Shown here one piece after another: positions 51,396 through 64,000 of a stretch of DNA of 64,000 bases. Made by a program: the position numbers and the translations under genes. The notes under the pieces were generated by a model. That model did not search any database. It saw only the letters and a list, made by a program, of their open reading frames with translations, and had not been told where the DNA came from. Numbering within the stretch: the first letter of the stretch is position 1; each line of letters starts with the position of its first letter. This DNA is from Octopus vulgaris. Taxonomy: Eukaryota. The stretch is from contig OX597832.1 in the NCBI GenBank assembly GCA_951406725.2, positions 4,154,001 to 4,218,000 on the forward strand, written 5' to 3'.

Positions 51396-54300
51396 ATGTC
51401 TATTCACATTGGTTGTATAAATGTTCGTGGCCTGTTGTCAAGCTGGAAGCAAGGACGCTTTCTAAATGACATCAGGTCGAGAAATTTGGATGTAATTGTT
51501 GCAACGGAAACCCGGGTGAAGGGGCCAAGAGATCTGCTCCCTCTCCTGAACGGCTACGAGAAATACGTTTCTCCTAGTCGGATGGGAGGTGGGGGTGGGG
51601 TGTTGGTCCTACTAAAAAGAAACCGGGTAGCCGAGAAAAAGTTGGTTTTTTCCGACCCAGAAGACAGGCTGGTTGTTCTCGACAATCAGTTGTGACAAGA
51701 CAATCAGGCTGGTCGCTATTTACGCACCAAAACATTATTGGCCCGCAAACTGAATATTTTCGTGACCCGGGAAAGTTCCTAGCCACGTCGCATTCACTAG
51801 TAGTGTTAGGAGACTCTAATACAATATGTGCAGCACACACAGATTGTGTTGGCTCGAGCTCGAACATGAACAGAAAATGTAACCCAGGCTTTCGTGATCT
51901 GTTAAGTCAATTTCAGCTAGCAGATCCATATAGGTTGGAGCACCCGAACACTCCACAGTGGACATGGTCAAATAGTGACGGGTCTACCAGAACATATCTA
52001 GATAGGATTTTAATTAGAGAAAAAGATAAGTCCATAGTTGAGTGTCCACAGTTTTTTCTAGTCAGCTACAGTGACCACAAGATGGTTACCTGTAAACTGA
52101 CGGTAGATAAGTTGCATAGACAGGGATCCGGCTACTGGAAACTCAATACGTCCCTTTTGGCGATTGAGGAGTACAGAAAGCGGATCAAGATGTTAATACA
52201 GAGGGCATTAACAGGTACCATCATTAATAACAAATGGTGGTACGCCCTAAAAAGAGCCATCAAATATGAGTCTATTAGGTTTAGCATAAGTTTAGCTAAG
52301 AAGGGACGTAAAATAGGAGATGGTCTAGTTAAGGAACTAGAAGAAACCTGGAGGACTGGTAATACAGACCGAGCGAGGGTGAAAAGACTGGAGTTAAACC
52401 AGCATCTTGAAGCCCACCACATGGGAAGTATTGCCAGAGCTAAGTTACGTGCAATGGGAAGTGAAGGAATCAAGGCCGCTAGATGGGCCCGAGTGGTGGA
52501 AGCTCGGCAAGGAAATAGTTCCTCTATTCGGTCTTTGACGAATCAAAATGGTTTCTTGGTAAACGAACCCGAGATAATGTGTGAGGTCTTTCGGGAGTAC
52601 TTCGCCTAGCTGTTCGGGGGTGACGGCGGTCCTGGTGGTGGGAGAGCCCTCGAGGACTTTCTTGCCGGGCTGCCGTGCCTCTCGGGGTCGGGTGCGGAAT
52701 CTTGCGAAGGGCCAATCACACCTGAGGAGGTGACGGAGACTTTGGCCGATTGTAAAGCGGGTAAGTCACCGGGACTTGATGGTCTTCCGTACGAGCTGTA
52801 TAAATGTATGCCAGACTTGTTCGGGCAACTACTGACTGACGTGTACACGAACTGGAAACAGAATGGGTTTATCCCCAGATCTGTACGCCGGGGAGTAGTG
52901 ACGTTGGTTAGAAAGGACCCGGACAAGGGGGACGTTCTAGAGAATTTCAGACCCATCACTCTGTTAAATGCAGAAGTGAAGATTTTGGCCAAGATTCTAG
53001 CAAAAAGGTTGGCGCGTGTCGCGAATGGTATAGTCGGGGAGGCACAGACATGTGCTATCCCAGGCAGAACCATTCAGGATACCCTCCATCTTATTCGCTA
53101 TACCATAGAGAGGGTTGGTAATAAATCTGGTAAAGGTGGGGCATTGGTACATTTGGACCAGTCTAAAGCTTTTGATAGGGTTGACCATCGATACCTAGCG
53201 ACTGTACTTGCGCGGTTTGGCCTGGGTCTTGGCTTCCTCAGGTGGTTTATCGCTTTGTACCACAACATTGACTCGATAGTTCGGGTGAACGGTTTCCTTT
53301 CGAAGCCGTTCTGCATCAAACGCTCGGTTCGTCAAGGATGTCCGCTTTCACCACTTTTGTATGTGATGGCTCTCGAGCCATTACTGCGAAGGTTGAGTGG
53401 TATCCCGAGAGAACCAGGACTAGAGGAGTTTGTTACGGCTTTCGCGAATGATATCACTATCAGTGTAACCACAGTAGCACGCCTACGTGAAGTAGGTAAG
53501 ACTATTGAGGCTTACGAGGAGGTAGCAGGAGCAAAGATTAACCGGGAAAAGTCGGTCGGCTTGCAACTCGGTACCTGGGTCGGCAAGTCGATGCCTTCAG
53601 ACAGCGTTGTTGGGCGCTGGACGGAGGGACCGGTTAAGTTGCTGGGAGTCTGGTTTGGACCAGGCCTCCAGATAGAGAAGAACTGGACGGAGGTATTGAG
53701 CAGGGTGGCTGCAGTAGTCAAGACCTGGTCTTGGCGGTGGCTATCCCTGAAAGGGAGGGCGGAGGTGGCCAGTCGCATCGGTCATTACCTACCGCCTGAC
53801 CGTCGTGCCCTGTCCGGATTCGTGGTTAATCAGGTTGGAGAGACAGCTCTTTCGCTGTTTGTGGAAGGGCAGTCGCCACTTGTGAAACGCTCTGTCTGCT
53901 GTCAAAAGCCTTTAAAGGGAGGTTTAGGGATGCCTTGGTTAATGATGCGCAGACATGCATTGAGGTTGAGGCACCTCTGGATTCTCCTGGATAGTGAACG
54001 GGTGTGGTCTCCGCTAGCCAGACAAATGTTCCCTGAGTTCAAGAGTTTTTGCGAACAGGAAGCCTGGTGTTCTCGTAGACCGAGGTCGAGTGAGTGGCAT
54101 AAAGAGTGCCGTAAGGCCCTCTTGCTGTTCCGGCGCTCGGGCAACGCCAGCGGTGGGGGTTCCACACGGATTTTATATAGTGGGTTGGTAGAGTCTGAAT
54201 GCGACGATGGCCTGGGGTCGACTCTAGGTCTCGGATTTATTTAACTGGACAGCTTGTTTCATCGTACATTCGGGTTGAGAACGTTGGACAACTTCCAAAA

Positions 54301-54788
54301 GTCGTTAACCTGGCAATGCTACAGAGGTGCCTTGCCCGTTTGGGATAAGCTCGCAAGACATGGTAAACGTCAGTCGCCGACCTGTCCAAGATGCGGGGCG
54401 GGACAGGGAAACCGTCCCACACGCTATTGTTCAGTGTCCGGAGATAACTGAAATGTGGGCTTATGCTGAACACCTGTTGTCCGGCGAAGGAAGAGTACGG
54501 CTGTCGACTGAGTCAATTATAAAAATTGACCCACCGGGATTTCTAACGAACGAAGGTAAGAATTGTTTTCTCACGGTTGTAGCAATAGCAAAAGAGGCAG
54601 TATGTAAGACTAGGATAAAAGGAATTAAGACAGGCAACTTTATCTCTGGTCACAATTTACGATCTTTTTTTTCTTTTCATTTGAAAAGGAAACTGTGGCT
54701 GGAGAAGAGGTGTCTGTCGGAGTGTACGTTCCAAAAGAGATGGAAGCATGTTGCACGAGTGTTGTGCGTGAAGGAACTGTGTGAATAG
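51396..54788 (+). pseudogene. Tx1 ORF2 (APE endonuclease + RT + C-terminal zinc finger), disrupted
   Basis: GCINVRGL, ATETR, RTYLDRIL, SDHKMV, GYWKLN, KSPGLDGLP, FRPITLLN, LDQSKAFDRVDH, VRQGCPLSPLLY, FANDI (catalytic D to N), CPRCG..ETVPHAIVQC. Confidence 0.93.
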
Positions 54789-56035
54789 ACGGGAAAAAAA
54801 GGAAAAATAAAAAGGTATCAGCGGTAGATCGGGGCTTGTGGGATCGGAGCGTAACTTGATCATCGCTTCATTTGTATTGTTTCTGTACTGTGTATTCCAT
54901 TCGATTTTTTATGTACTGTATTTTATTTTTAAAGTCACATTTATGTAAAATCATATCGATTCACTGATCCCATCAGTTGTACTGTCCATATCTATGTTTG
55001 GCCCCCGGTGGGCAATAAAGAAATTCGTATTTCGTCTGCTGCTACGTTCTGAGTTCAAATTCCGCCGAGGTCGACTTTGCCTTTCATCCTTTCGGAGTTG
55101 ATAAATTAAGTACCAGTTACGCACTGGGGTCGATGTAATCGACTTAATCGGTCTGTCTGTCCTTGTTTGTCCCCTCTGTGTTTAGCCCCTTGTGGGTAAT
55201 AAATATATAATTTAAAATATCAACGGTATGCAGTTTGAGAACCACCGAATTTTTAGTAACTTAAAGAAAATCTCCGATAATTATAGGTATCCGCAAATTG
55301 AGTCACTGGGAGTACACCTTGGTCTTACTTTAGATAAGATATCCATTTCTGCTGTTCTGCTGGCTTCTGTAACTTGCGTGTTTCACTTATTGTCGCAAAT
55401 GACTGCATCAGTTGTTGTTGCGTGTGTATATTTTGGAAAATTTGCTTTTGTGCATGAAATATCGCTTTTTTCTTTTTTTTTTTTTTTTTTTAGTTTAAAT
55501 GTCTGATTGACTTTTTGGGTACTTACGTCAATATTTTCCTACGATTGGCGTGGTACATTGTTTGCACAACCTCCTTGAAATACAATATCTCGTCATTTTG
55601 AAGACTTTGTCAAACGTTTGAGACAGTGGTTCTGAAATGGTTCGTTGACAAGGGTTTCTAGGCATGACAGGAATTTTTAAAGTATGATTTAAGCCTTATA
55701 TGTTTTATTGTCTCTTTTATTAATAAGGAATTTCGTAGTATAATAAGGGACGATACGTAGAATGATATGGAATTAAATTTTTTCTAGCCGCTTGAATTCT
55801 AAAATGCTCACATTATGTCAATTGCCATCAAGAGATGTAGAGTTTACATCGGTTTCATTTGTTATCCGATATACTAAGCGAAATGTCCTGTTGATGCAGT
55901 CGTCCTTGCCCGCTGCGCAAGTTGAGTTTTGGGGTATCCTGGTTAGGTGATGATCCTTTGCAAAATAAAATTGGTACGTACATTTGTAGACAGCCCAGTT
56001 TCGATGTATGAATATCGAAAACAGTTGCGGTTTCT

Positions 56036-56107
56036 CCACAGAGCGTATTTTCGATCTATGGATCTCCAGGATATGGGCCCAGCACGCTTCCACTGCACCA
56101 CTCTTCT
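56036..56107 (-). pseudogene. Degenerate initiator tRNA-Met (CAT) gene
   Basis: AGAAGAGTGGTGCAGTGGAAGCGTGCTGGGCCCATATCCTGGAGATCCATAGATCGAAAATACGCTCTGTGG versus recalled tRNA-iMet AGCAGAGTGGCGCAG.GGAAGCGTGCTGGGCCCATAACCCAGAGGTC...GGATCGAAACC. Acceptor and T stems are disrupted. Confidence 0.85.
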
Positions 56108-56946
56108 CACTGAGTCGTTAAGCAAACATATAATGTATTCTTTCTTATATTGTCTGTTCTGAATTACATTATTTCTAGTATATCACTGATCGTATCTTAT
56201 TTATTTATTTATTTGAATGCATTATATTGTGTCAAATATACGAAATATAGTAACACACAAGAAAAGCTGCAGTACTGGGATGTTAATTTACTTACTGAAA
56301 AGCGACAATTCCCTCTGCCGATACTCCGAGTGTCACATTTGACTAAACATATGCATAGTTCTATGCATTGCAAATTTTTCAGGGCGTCTCTTCATTTGCA
56401 ATTTCGAGATCAGAAAATGCAAATTAATTCTATAAATGTTTGCCCATAGCAGCATAGCAAGCGAGCTTGCTTGTAATTTAACTAATTTAAATATATTCAT
56501 AATATAAACACTGCTGAAAGCCACAGTTCTGAGATTAAGAAAAGCTCTTTTGTTTATTCCTGGATTGCGGAAAGTTATTGAACCCATACGTACCTCTATA
56601 TTTTATTTATTTTCATTTATAGTGTTAAAAAATGATAAGTAACTCTTCTGGATAGGAGACAGTCGATCGTAGATAAGTTCTCGTGTGAGAGGAACTGAAT
56701 TCATGTCTAAGCCAATAAATCACACATTAACAATTACTGAATAGGAAATTTATACTACTCAGTGGTACATGGTTGCGGTTCGGTAGACTACGTTGTTGAT
56801 ATGTGTCTTTGTCACAGATATTGCTCACTGCTGGTGATGATCTCAGTTTAAAGATAACTTTTAAAAATATAAACAAAGGATAACTTAAAAATTAATGACT
56901 GTATTATTTGGCTTCATGGAATTCTCCACTCAGTAATATATAATGT

Positions 56947-57150
56947 CATTTCTACCATAGACACAAGGCCTGAAATTGTGTGGGAGAAGGCTAATCGATT
57001 ACATTGACCCCAGTACTTTACTTCTCGACCGCGAAAGGATGACAGGAAAAGTAGACCTCAGTGGAATATTGAACTCAACTCGTATAGACGGACAAAATAT
57101 CACTACGCTTTTTAATCGCCACTCTAACAACTCTGCCAGCTCACCAACTT
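56947..57150 (-). mobile_element. Degenerate SINE family A
   Basis: cgaccgcgaaaggatgacaggaaaagtagacctc...tctgccagctc. Confidence 0.7.
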
Positions 57151-57666
57151 TCTGTAATATCTATAACATATATTTAGTAATATATACGTCGTTGTTATTT
57201 CTATAACTGACAACAATGAGGTGAGCATTATATTTGCTCTTGCATGTTACACTATACTGATGTACGTAAGTTTGTAGGTAAATAATGGGTTATAACGATA
57301 TTAAGTAAGTTGATATTCTTGAAAATATTCATTAAGCATTACTCCAGCACATTTATTATATATAATAGTCGGTCGTTTGGTAAGAATAGGAGTTACGAAG
57401 TACACATTTTCATTATTCGTCAGATGATAGATCGACAGAATGAATAATACGACTAGTTTATTATGTTTACCTGCGAGTGATATTTATTATGAGGAGGATA
57501 AATTCTAGGTTGAGTATATGTGCATCACACACACACACACACATACACACACACACATACATACACACACGCACACATGCACGCACACACGCGCGCGGAT
57601 ATATATATCTGCCATATAAAACCTTATTAGTTTAAATGTACTATTTTTCGTATTTCATTTTATACA

Positions 57667-57771
<105 letters not shown>

Positions 57772-59345
57772 ATATATGAGAATGAGTGAATTAGAATCAT
57801 GAAAGAGTCAGATAAACTGTATTTCTTTTGTTTTTATTATGTATGTATGTATGTATGTATGTATGTATGTATGTATTATTCTTGTTGGGGACAGTGGTTC
57901 TCGAAACACATACAGCTAGAAATGATAGTATGTAAACATTTGTTTGAAAAGCTGTTTTGGATAGAAAAAGTCGACGGCTACCTTCGACCTTTCTGAAAGT
58001 TGTTTGGGGCATCTCTCGGGTGCGACCTTATTTTTTCTAAAAAAAAAAAACGTCGTTGTATGTGAATAACCGAGAAATACATATCTAACAAAAAACTAAA
58101 ACCAAAAAAACGTCTACAGAACTTATGAAATTCCCCTAATGCTGTGATGACACAGACTAGCAACAGTTTCCTCGGACTTCAGACTTTGACTTGTTGCAAT
58201 ATTACTGTTGTGACATATTTACCTGCAAAAACTATTAGCAACACCGTCATCAATATAAAGTGAAATGACTGTGAGTGATAACTAACTTTGTTTCTAGTAT
58301 TTATTGATATGTTGCTTAACCAAAGTACATAATGTGCTGTATGACCCATAGCAAATCAAAAACGCTCGCTCGTTTCCTAAACTCTTCACTTATTCGAGAC
58401 ATATTTATGTCTGCTCTTGTTTTTGTTTTTGTCCTGATAAACTTTATAAATGGTTTTCCAAGCGAGAACGATTAAGAAACTTATTCCTAAACACAAATAA
58501 GTTTACCCTTTGTTATAAATGATTTTGTTGAGATAATAACCAAAACCCCCATTGAGTCTACTAACGAACTGAATCGGATCAATCTTTCACGCTGATACCA
58601 ACCTATTGTAATCCGCCATGCGTGAAACGAAAAGCCGAACCACCGCTGAGAAAGCGTTTGCTGGAGTTCAGTATTTTGTGCTCACCCCTTCCACGCTACT
58701 TTAATGGAAATCTTTATTAAATGTCGATTGACAGCTAATGTCCAGACAGCGACTACTGAGCTTTCTGGACAATAAATAATATACTATATTTTTATTTATT
58801 TATTTTTATCATTCTTTTTATTCTCTACTGTATTTATTGCTTACAAATCAGTTAAATTTTCTCGAATATTTATATACCTTTTCATTTGGGATTGTAAAAA
58901 GGGAGAAAATTAGATGATTTTACGTAAATTGAAGGTGTGTCCACAACTGTGTGAAGTACCGACTGGTGTCAGTAGCTAAGTCGGGCTCCGTTATATACGT
59001 AAAAATAGCACAGCCTCATGAACTATCCTTAAACTCATTAAAGGCAGAAAGCTCTTTTCGCTAATATGCATATTAGACAACTCACTGTTACTCAACTATC
59101 CATTATGATTTATGATATGCATTTTCCATGATAGGTTTTTTTATCTTCTTTTTAATAGTAATGGACTGCTTCATAAATGCAAAGGTTGACACCCTTCTTA
59201 ACTGGTGCAGTTAAAAGCCCTTCAAAGATAGGGTGTTACAATGATGTTTGCTTTTTCCTAAAATCGAGACGAAGAGAAATAGTTGAAATATAAATTAGCT
59301 AACTTTATATGCCGGAGACTGACTGGCGGCCCGTGAATTTAATTC

Positions 59346-59630
59346 TCAACAACAATTAACTTACATCAATAATTACTTTTTAATTCAATACAAATAGACT
59401 GTATCCCCTCTAAATGCCGTTTCTGCATGCAATGTTATATGGTATTGCCATTGAAAATTCTAAAACAATATTCATTGAAAATTCTAAAAATGATATTCAT
59501 GATGAATATTATTTCTGAATTTTCAATGGCATACCATATAACATGGGAAGCAGAAACAACTGTTAGATGGGAGACAGTCTATTAGTATGGAATTAAAAAG
59601 TGATAAATGATGTAAGTCAATTGTTGTTGA
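59346..59630. repeat. Long imperfect palindrome (~285 bp)
   Basis: tcaacaacaattaacttacatca / tgatgtaagtcaattgttgttga, and atgttatatggtattgccattgaaaattc / gaattttcaatggcataccatataacat. Confidence 0.9.
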
Positions 59631-59985
59631 TCAATATTTCTCCATTTTCTGTTTACTTTAAATTTGATTCCTGATAAACTCATGTTTATCTTTTGTCATT
59701 ACCTGCAACCTATGAGCATAATATGCTTGCATATGTATGTCCAGGGTTGACATATGTAATTATACCAGTAGTATGACAGATATTGTTATCCCTTAGACGG
59801 ATATTCCAGCCTCTACTAACCTTATATATACGTATATGTAAGTATATATATTTTTATATACATATATATGTATATGTGTGTATATATATATACATATATA
59901 TGTGTGTATATATATATATATATAACAAACTACAGTAGCATCCACCCTTAGGGGTTAGCCATATTGAAATGGCAAACATGCGTCA

Positions 59986-60067
<82 letters not shown>

Positions 60068-60084
60068 ATATATATATACTCATA

Positions 60085-61062
60085 TATAAATAGATGAATG
60101 AATTATCCTTTGTTTACTGTTAACATGGAAAATTCAATAAACAGTTACCAGGGTAGCAAAATTCGCGCAAGTAACAAGGATGTAGCGACCTATTCAAAGG
60201 TAAAAACTCCGGGTTAACGTGCAGTAATTTGTGTAGTATAAGTAAATAAATGGAGTTGAACGTAGATGCTATTCAAATTCTTTTACTTTCGACATATTTC
60301 GAAGACAACATTGGTTTTATTCCAAAGGAATAAACGGTGTAAATGCAATCTTCTCATCAGGAAAGAAAGAGAGCCTATCTCAACAACAAAACATTATAAC
60401 AATTTTGATGACTGCATAAATTATAAATAGAACGTTATTGAGTATTTAAAAAAACCGTTAGTAGATTCGACGTCAAAGGCAGATACTAGAAAGATAAGGA
60501 GTAAGGAAATGATAAGTAGAGAACAAATAAAGAGGGATATATTGGTTGAAAAAATGTTCAAAGGCTTGGAAGTAGATTTCTCTATTGAAGTAAAGTGCAA
60601 GTTAAACTAACTGTTCAAACTATAAGGACTGGAAAATCACTATGTTCTGCCAGTGCTTACATTTGTAAGATCGCTTTATAAGTGTGTTAACAAGGTGATT
60701 CTTAGAGAAGAGAATATGGAAGAGTTCAGAGTTGCAAATGTTACAAAATCTTTTGCCCTTATCATATGGAAAAGATATGGACAGGATGAACCAATCTAAT
60801 TTAAAATCCTTATTGTTGTCTTTAAGATACCAAACCAATTTACTTAGCCCTGTGCTTTGACGTTTACTGCTATCCCTAAATGAAGAATAATGATTGGAAA
60901 TTCTCTTAGATAACTGGCGAGAGGATGCACCAATGTAGAAGTAGACATCGGTACCGCAAGAAATTTTACATTGGTATATAGAATTCTTGATCTTAGAATT
61001 ATTAGACAAAAATTTAATTCTGTTGGGGTTGTCCTCAGAGACCAAAACCATGTTTTTATTGC

Positions 61063-61116
<54 letters not shown>

Positions 61117-61245
61117 GTGAGGGGCTGGAATTAACAAAATTAATGTTGGAACTCCCAGAAAATGAACAATGTTGTCTTCGAAACATATATCGAAAGTAAA
61201 AGAATTTGAATAGCATCTGCGTTCAACTCCATTTATTTACTTATA
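60085..61245 (-). mobile_element. Penelope-like element 3' part (GIY-YIG, pLTR, inverted partial pLTR)
   Basis: NSIYQCKI...FYIGASSRQLSKRISNH...CNICNSE. 61167-61245 is an inverted copy of about 60236-60313. Confidence 0.9.
60286..60365 (-). ncRNA. Type I hammerhead ribozyme (second copy)
   Basis: Reverse complement ctttc-CTGATGA-gaaga...tcttc-GAAA-tat-GTC-gaaag. Confidence 0.7.
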
Positions 61246-61379
61246 TACACATATATATGCATACTTATAAATATATATATATATATATATTAATAAAATA
61301 AATAAAACATATGCATATATATAAACATATATGTACGTACCTACCTCTACATGTACATATACACGCATATAAGAGTACA

Positions 61380-61446
<67 letters not shown>

Positions 61447-61465
61447 CATATGCATATATATAAAG

Positions 61466-61520
<55 letters not shown>

Positions 61521-61668
61521 TTAATGTGTATATAACGGTAAATATCGAACAATGAGAATGACCGCTCAACACCGCATTGGTGGATAAAAATTATTTATGT
61601 CTGTATTAAGGCTACCATTGGTTTCATGTTGAGGATATATCTTAATTTTTCGAGCCGATGACATGGAG

Positions 61669-61720
<52 letters not shown>

Positions 61721-61799
61721 CTCCATGTCATATATGTATGTATATATGTCATATATATATATATATATATATATGTCATATATATATATATATGTATAT

Positions 61800-63070
61800 A
61801 TATATCTTGACTTTGCAAAGGCGTTTGATAAAGTCGATCATGGAATAATATGTCACAAACTGCGTGATCTTGGCATAGTTGGAAAATTGGGAGAATGGCT
61901 TCATGACTTTCTGAAGGATAGAAGTCAGGTGGTAGTAGCCAATGGGGCCACCTCCAATAACACGCAAATAGTGAGCGGTGTTCCGCAAGGCACTGTTTGA
62001 GACCACTACTGTTCATAATGGCCCTCTCAGACATGCCCTCAGCCACGCAGAGAGCCACGATCACAAGTTATGCAGATGATACAAAAGTTTCACAGGTAAT
62101 ACAGGACCCTGAAGACACTATGCACCTGCAATGTGAGCTGGACAAAATATACAAGTGGGCTGAAAAGAATAGCATGCAGTTCAATGCTGAAAAGTTTCAA
62201 GCTTTATGCTATCAGCATGCAAAACTAAATGCAATACCCAATAAATACACTGGACTTGGAGGGATTGCAATCCCAGAGGCACAATCAGTGCGAGACCTGG
62301 GTATTTACATGAGTAATGATGCAACCTTTCATGTGCATGTTGCTAAATTGGCAATGAAATGCAGGCGGCTGACCGGATGGATTCTTAGAACCTTTAGAAC
62401 AAGCGACCAGGAAACCATGATGGTCCTCTGGAGGACACTTGTCCTAATCCACTTTGACTATTGCTCTCAGCTATGGTCACCATTCAGTGTCAAGTTAATC
62501 ACAGAACTTGAGGCGATCCAACGAAGCTACACGAAGAAGATAGCTTCTGTGCAGCATATAAGCTACTGGGAAAGACTCAAGAGATTAAGACTCTATTCCT
62601 TAGAGCGTAGGCGAGAAAGATATGCCATAATATACATCTGGAAGATCCTGGAAGGACTTGTCCCAAACTTTGGCATCGAGAGTTACATAAATACTAGAAC
62701 TGGGCGCCACTGCATAGTGCCAAGGACTCCAAATTTGCCATCAAGATGTAGGACAAGATACTGTGATAGCCTGAGCTTCAGAGGTCCACAGCTCTTCAAT
62801 ATCCTCCCGAAGGACTTGAGAGACCTGCATGGGGTGGATGCAGATGTCTTTAAAATAAAACTGGATGTCTTCCTGTCAGGTGTCCCAGATGAACCAACTT
62901 TACGGCAGGAGGTGCAGATGAGGTCAGCTGCATCGAACTCTCTCATGCACCAAATGGCAATTGCTAAAAAGCATTCGTGAAGTAAAATCATGTAGCAACA
63001 CCGAATGGCGGTGCCCCAGCATGGCCACAGCTCGTGAGCTGAAACTAGATAAAATAAAAAATAAAAATAA
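61800..63070 (+). mobile_element. 5'-truncated CR1-group LINE (RT + 3' tail)
   Basis: YLDFAKAFDKVDH, SGVPQGTV, YADDTK, VRDLG, DYCSQLWSP, LYSLERRRERY. Tail followed by (AAAAT)n. Confidence 0.95.
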
Positions 63071-63165
63071 AATTTAAAAATATGTATATAGAGATATAAA
63101 AATGTGTATATGTATAAATATATATATAAATATATATATATAACTATATAAATATATATATATAA

Positions 63166-63201
<36 letters not shown>

Positions 63202-63275
63202 GTATGTATATATATAAATGTAAATATACATATATATAAATATATATATACAAATATATATAAATATATGCTGTA

Positions 63276-64000
63276 AGTCAATGGGCAGTCAAAAACAAAA
63301 TCCAACTGAACGAGGGAAAATTTGAGCTGATGCATTTTGGAAGAAAGTCCACACTAAAACAGCCATACTCTCTTCCTTCAGGGGAACCGCTCACAGCCTC
63401 TAACAATATCAGAGACCTGGGCGTAATTGTTGATGACAATCTCAGTTGGAGTGCCCACATCAACAATAAGGTCGATACAGCTCGCAGGATGAACTCCTGG
63501 ATCTTAAAAACCTTCCGGTCCAGAGAACAAGGTGTCATCATACCACTTTTCTCCTTTGTACGGTCACACCTCGAATACTGCTGCCCACTGTGGTCTCCCC
63601 ATACAAGACAAAACATCTCGAGGATTGAATCACCCCAGAGGGCACTCACTAAACGAATTGAAGGCATGACTGCTCTCGATTATTGGGACTGCCTTAAAGC
63701 CTTGAAACTCTTCTTTCTCCAGCGCCGCCGCGAGCGGTACATCATTTGTACGATGTGGAGAATATACCGCCAACTTTGCCCAAACGACCTGAGCATTAGT
63801 TTCAAGGTTCATCCAAGGCTGGGACCACGGGCCATACGTCCCCTGCCCAATTCAGGATCACAGCATATAGGTACACTGCAACATAATTTCTTTTCCTCGA
63901 CAAGCCCTGCCCTGTTCAACATTGTCCCGAAAGAGGAAAAGGATCCCATCAACTTTAAAAGGAGTCTGGATAGATTTCTTCAAGGAATACCGGATAAGCC
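63276..64000 (+). pseudogene. Second CR1-group LINE RT C-terminal fragment, open to the window end
   Basis: [16 protein letters not shown]...IRDLGVIVDDNLSW...LEYCCPLWSP...LQRRRERY...LDRFLQGIPD. Confidence 0.9.

Larger units (their letters stand above)
49674..55025 (+). mobile_element. Near full-length Tx1/L1-clade non-LTR retrotransposon
   Basis: 5' UTR, ORF1, ORF2 and 3' UTR are present. 17-bp TSD cgtatttcgtctgc(c/t)gc at 49657-49673 and 55026-55042. Confidence 0.95.
49609..55205 (+). mobile_element. SINE family A split by the Tx1 insertion (49609-49673 and 55026-55205)
   Basis: The halves join into one SINE. Outer 18-bp TSD tata(t/a)tttaaaatatcaa at 49591-49608 and 55206-55223. Confidence 0.92.

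Noticed and set aside
52730-54244. 504-aa RT ORF as an active gene or bacterial retron/group II intron
   Set aside because: It is part of a frameshifted Tx1 ORF2 with an upstream stop and a mutated catalytic motif (FAND).

Overview
This is eukaryotic, AT-rich and extremely microsatellite-dense DNA. The SINE and LINE repertoire strongly suggests an octopus genome (inferred from recalled repeat families, not from a database search). I can support no host protein-coding exon, so the window looks intronic or intergenic. Nearly all long ORFs in the track are either microsatellite translations or retro/transposon remnants: RTE, CR1-like, R4/Dong, Penelope, Tx1, mariner, hAT MITEs and a solo LTR. 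The main finding is a near full-length 5.35-kb Tx1/L1-clade LINE (49674-55025) inserted inside a tRNA-like SINE with a 17-bp TSD. Its last 34 nt match that SINE family's own 3' tail at 32/34 positions. A SINE-SINE dimer at 11.5 kb is joined at exactly the same nucleotide, which suggests a LINE that both mobilises and targets its partner SINE. Other notable signals: type I hammerhead ribozymes in Penelope pLTRs (two with a CCGACGA variant core), five apparently unrelated 285-890 bp imperfect palindromes or inverted repeats, a chimeric fold-back mariner, and a degenerate initiator tRNA-Met.
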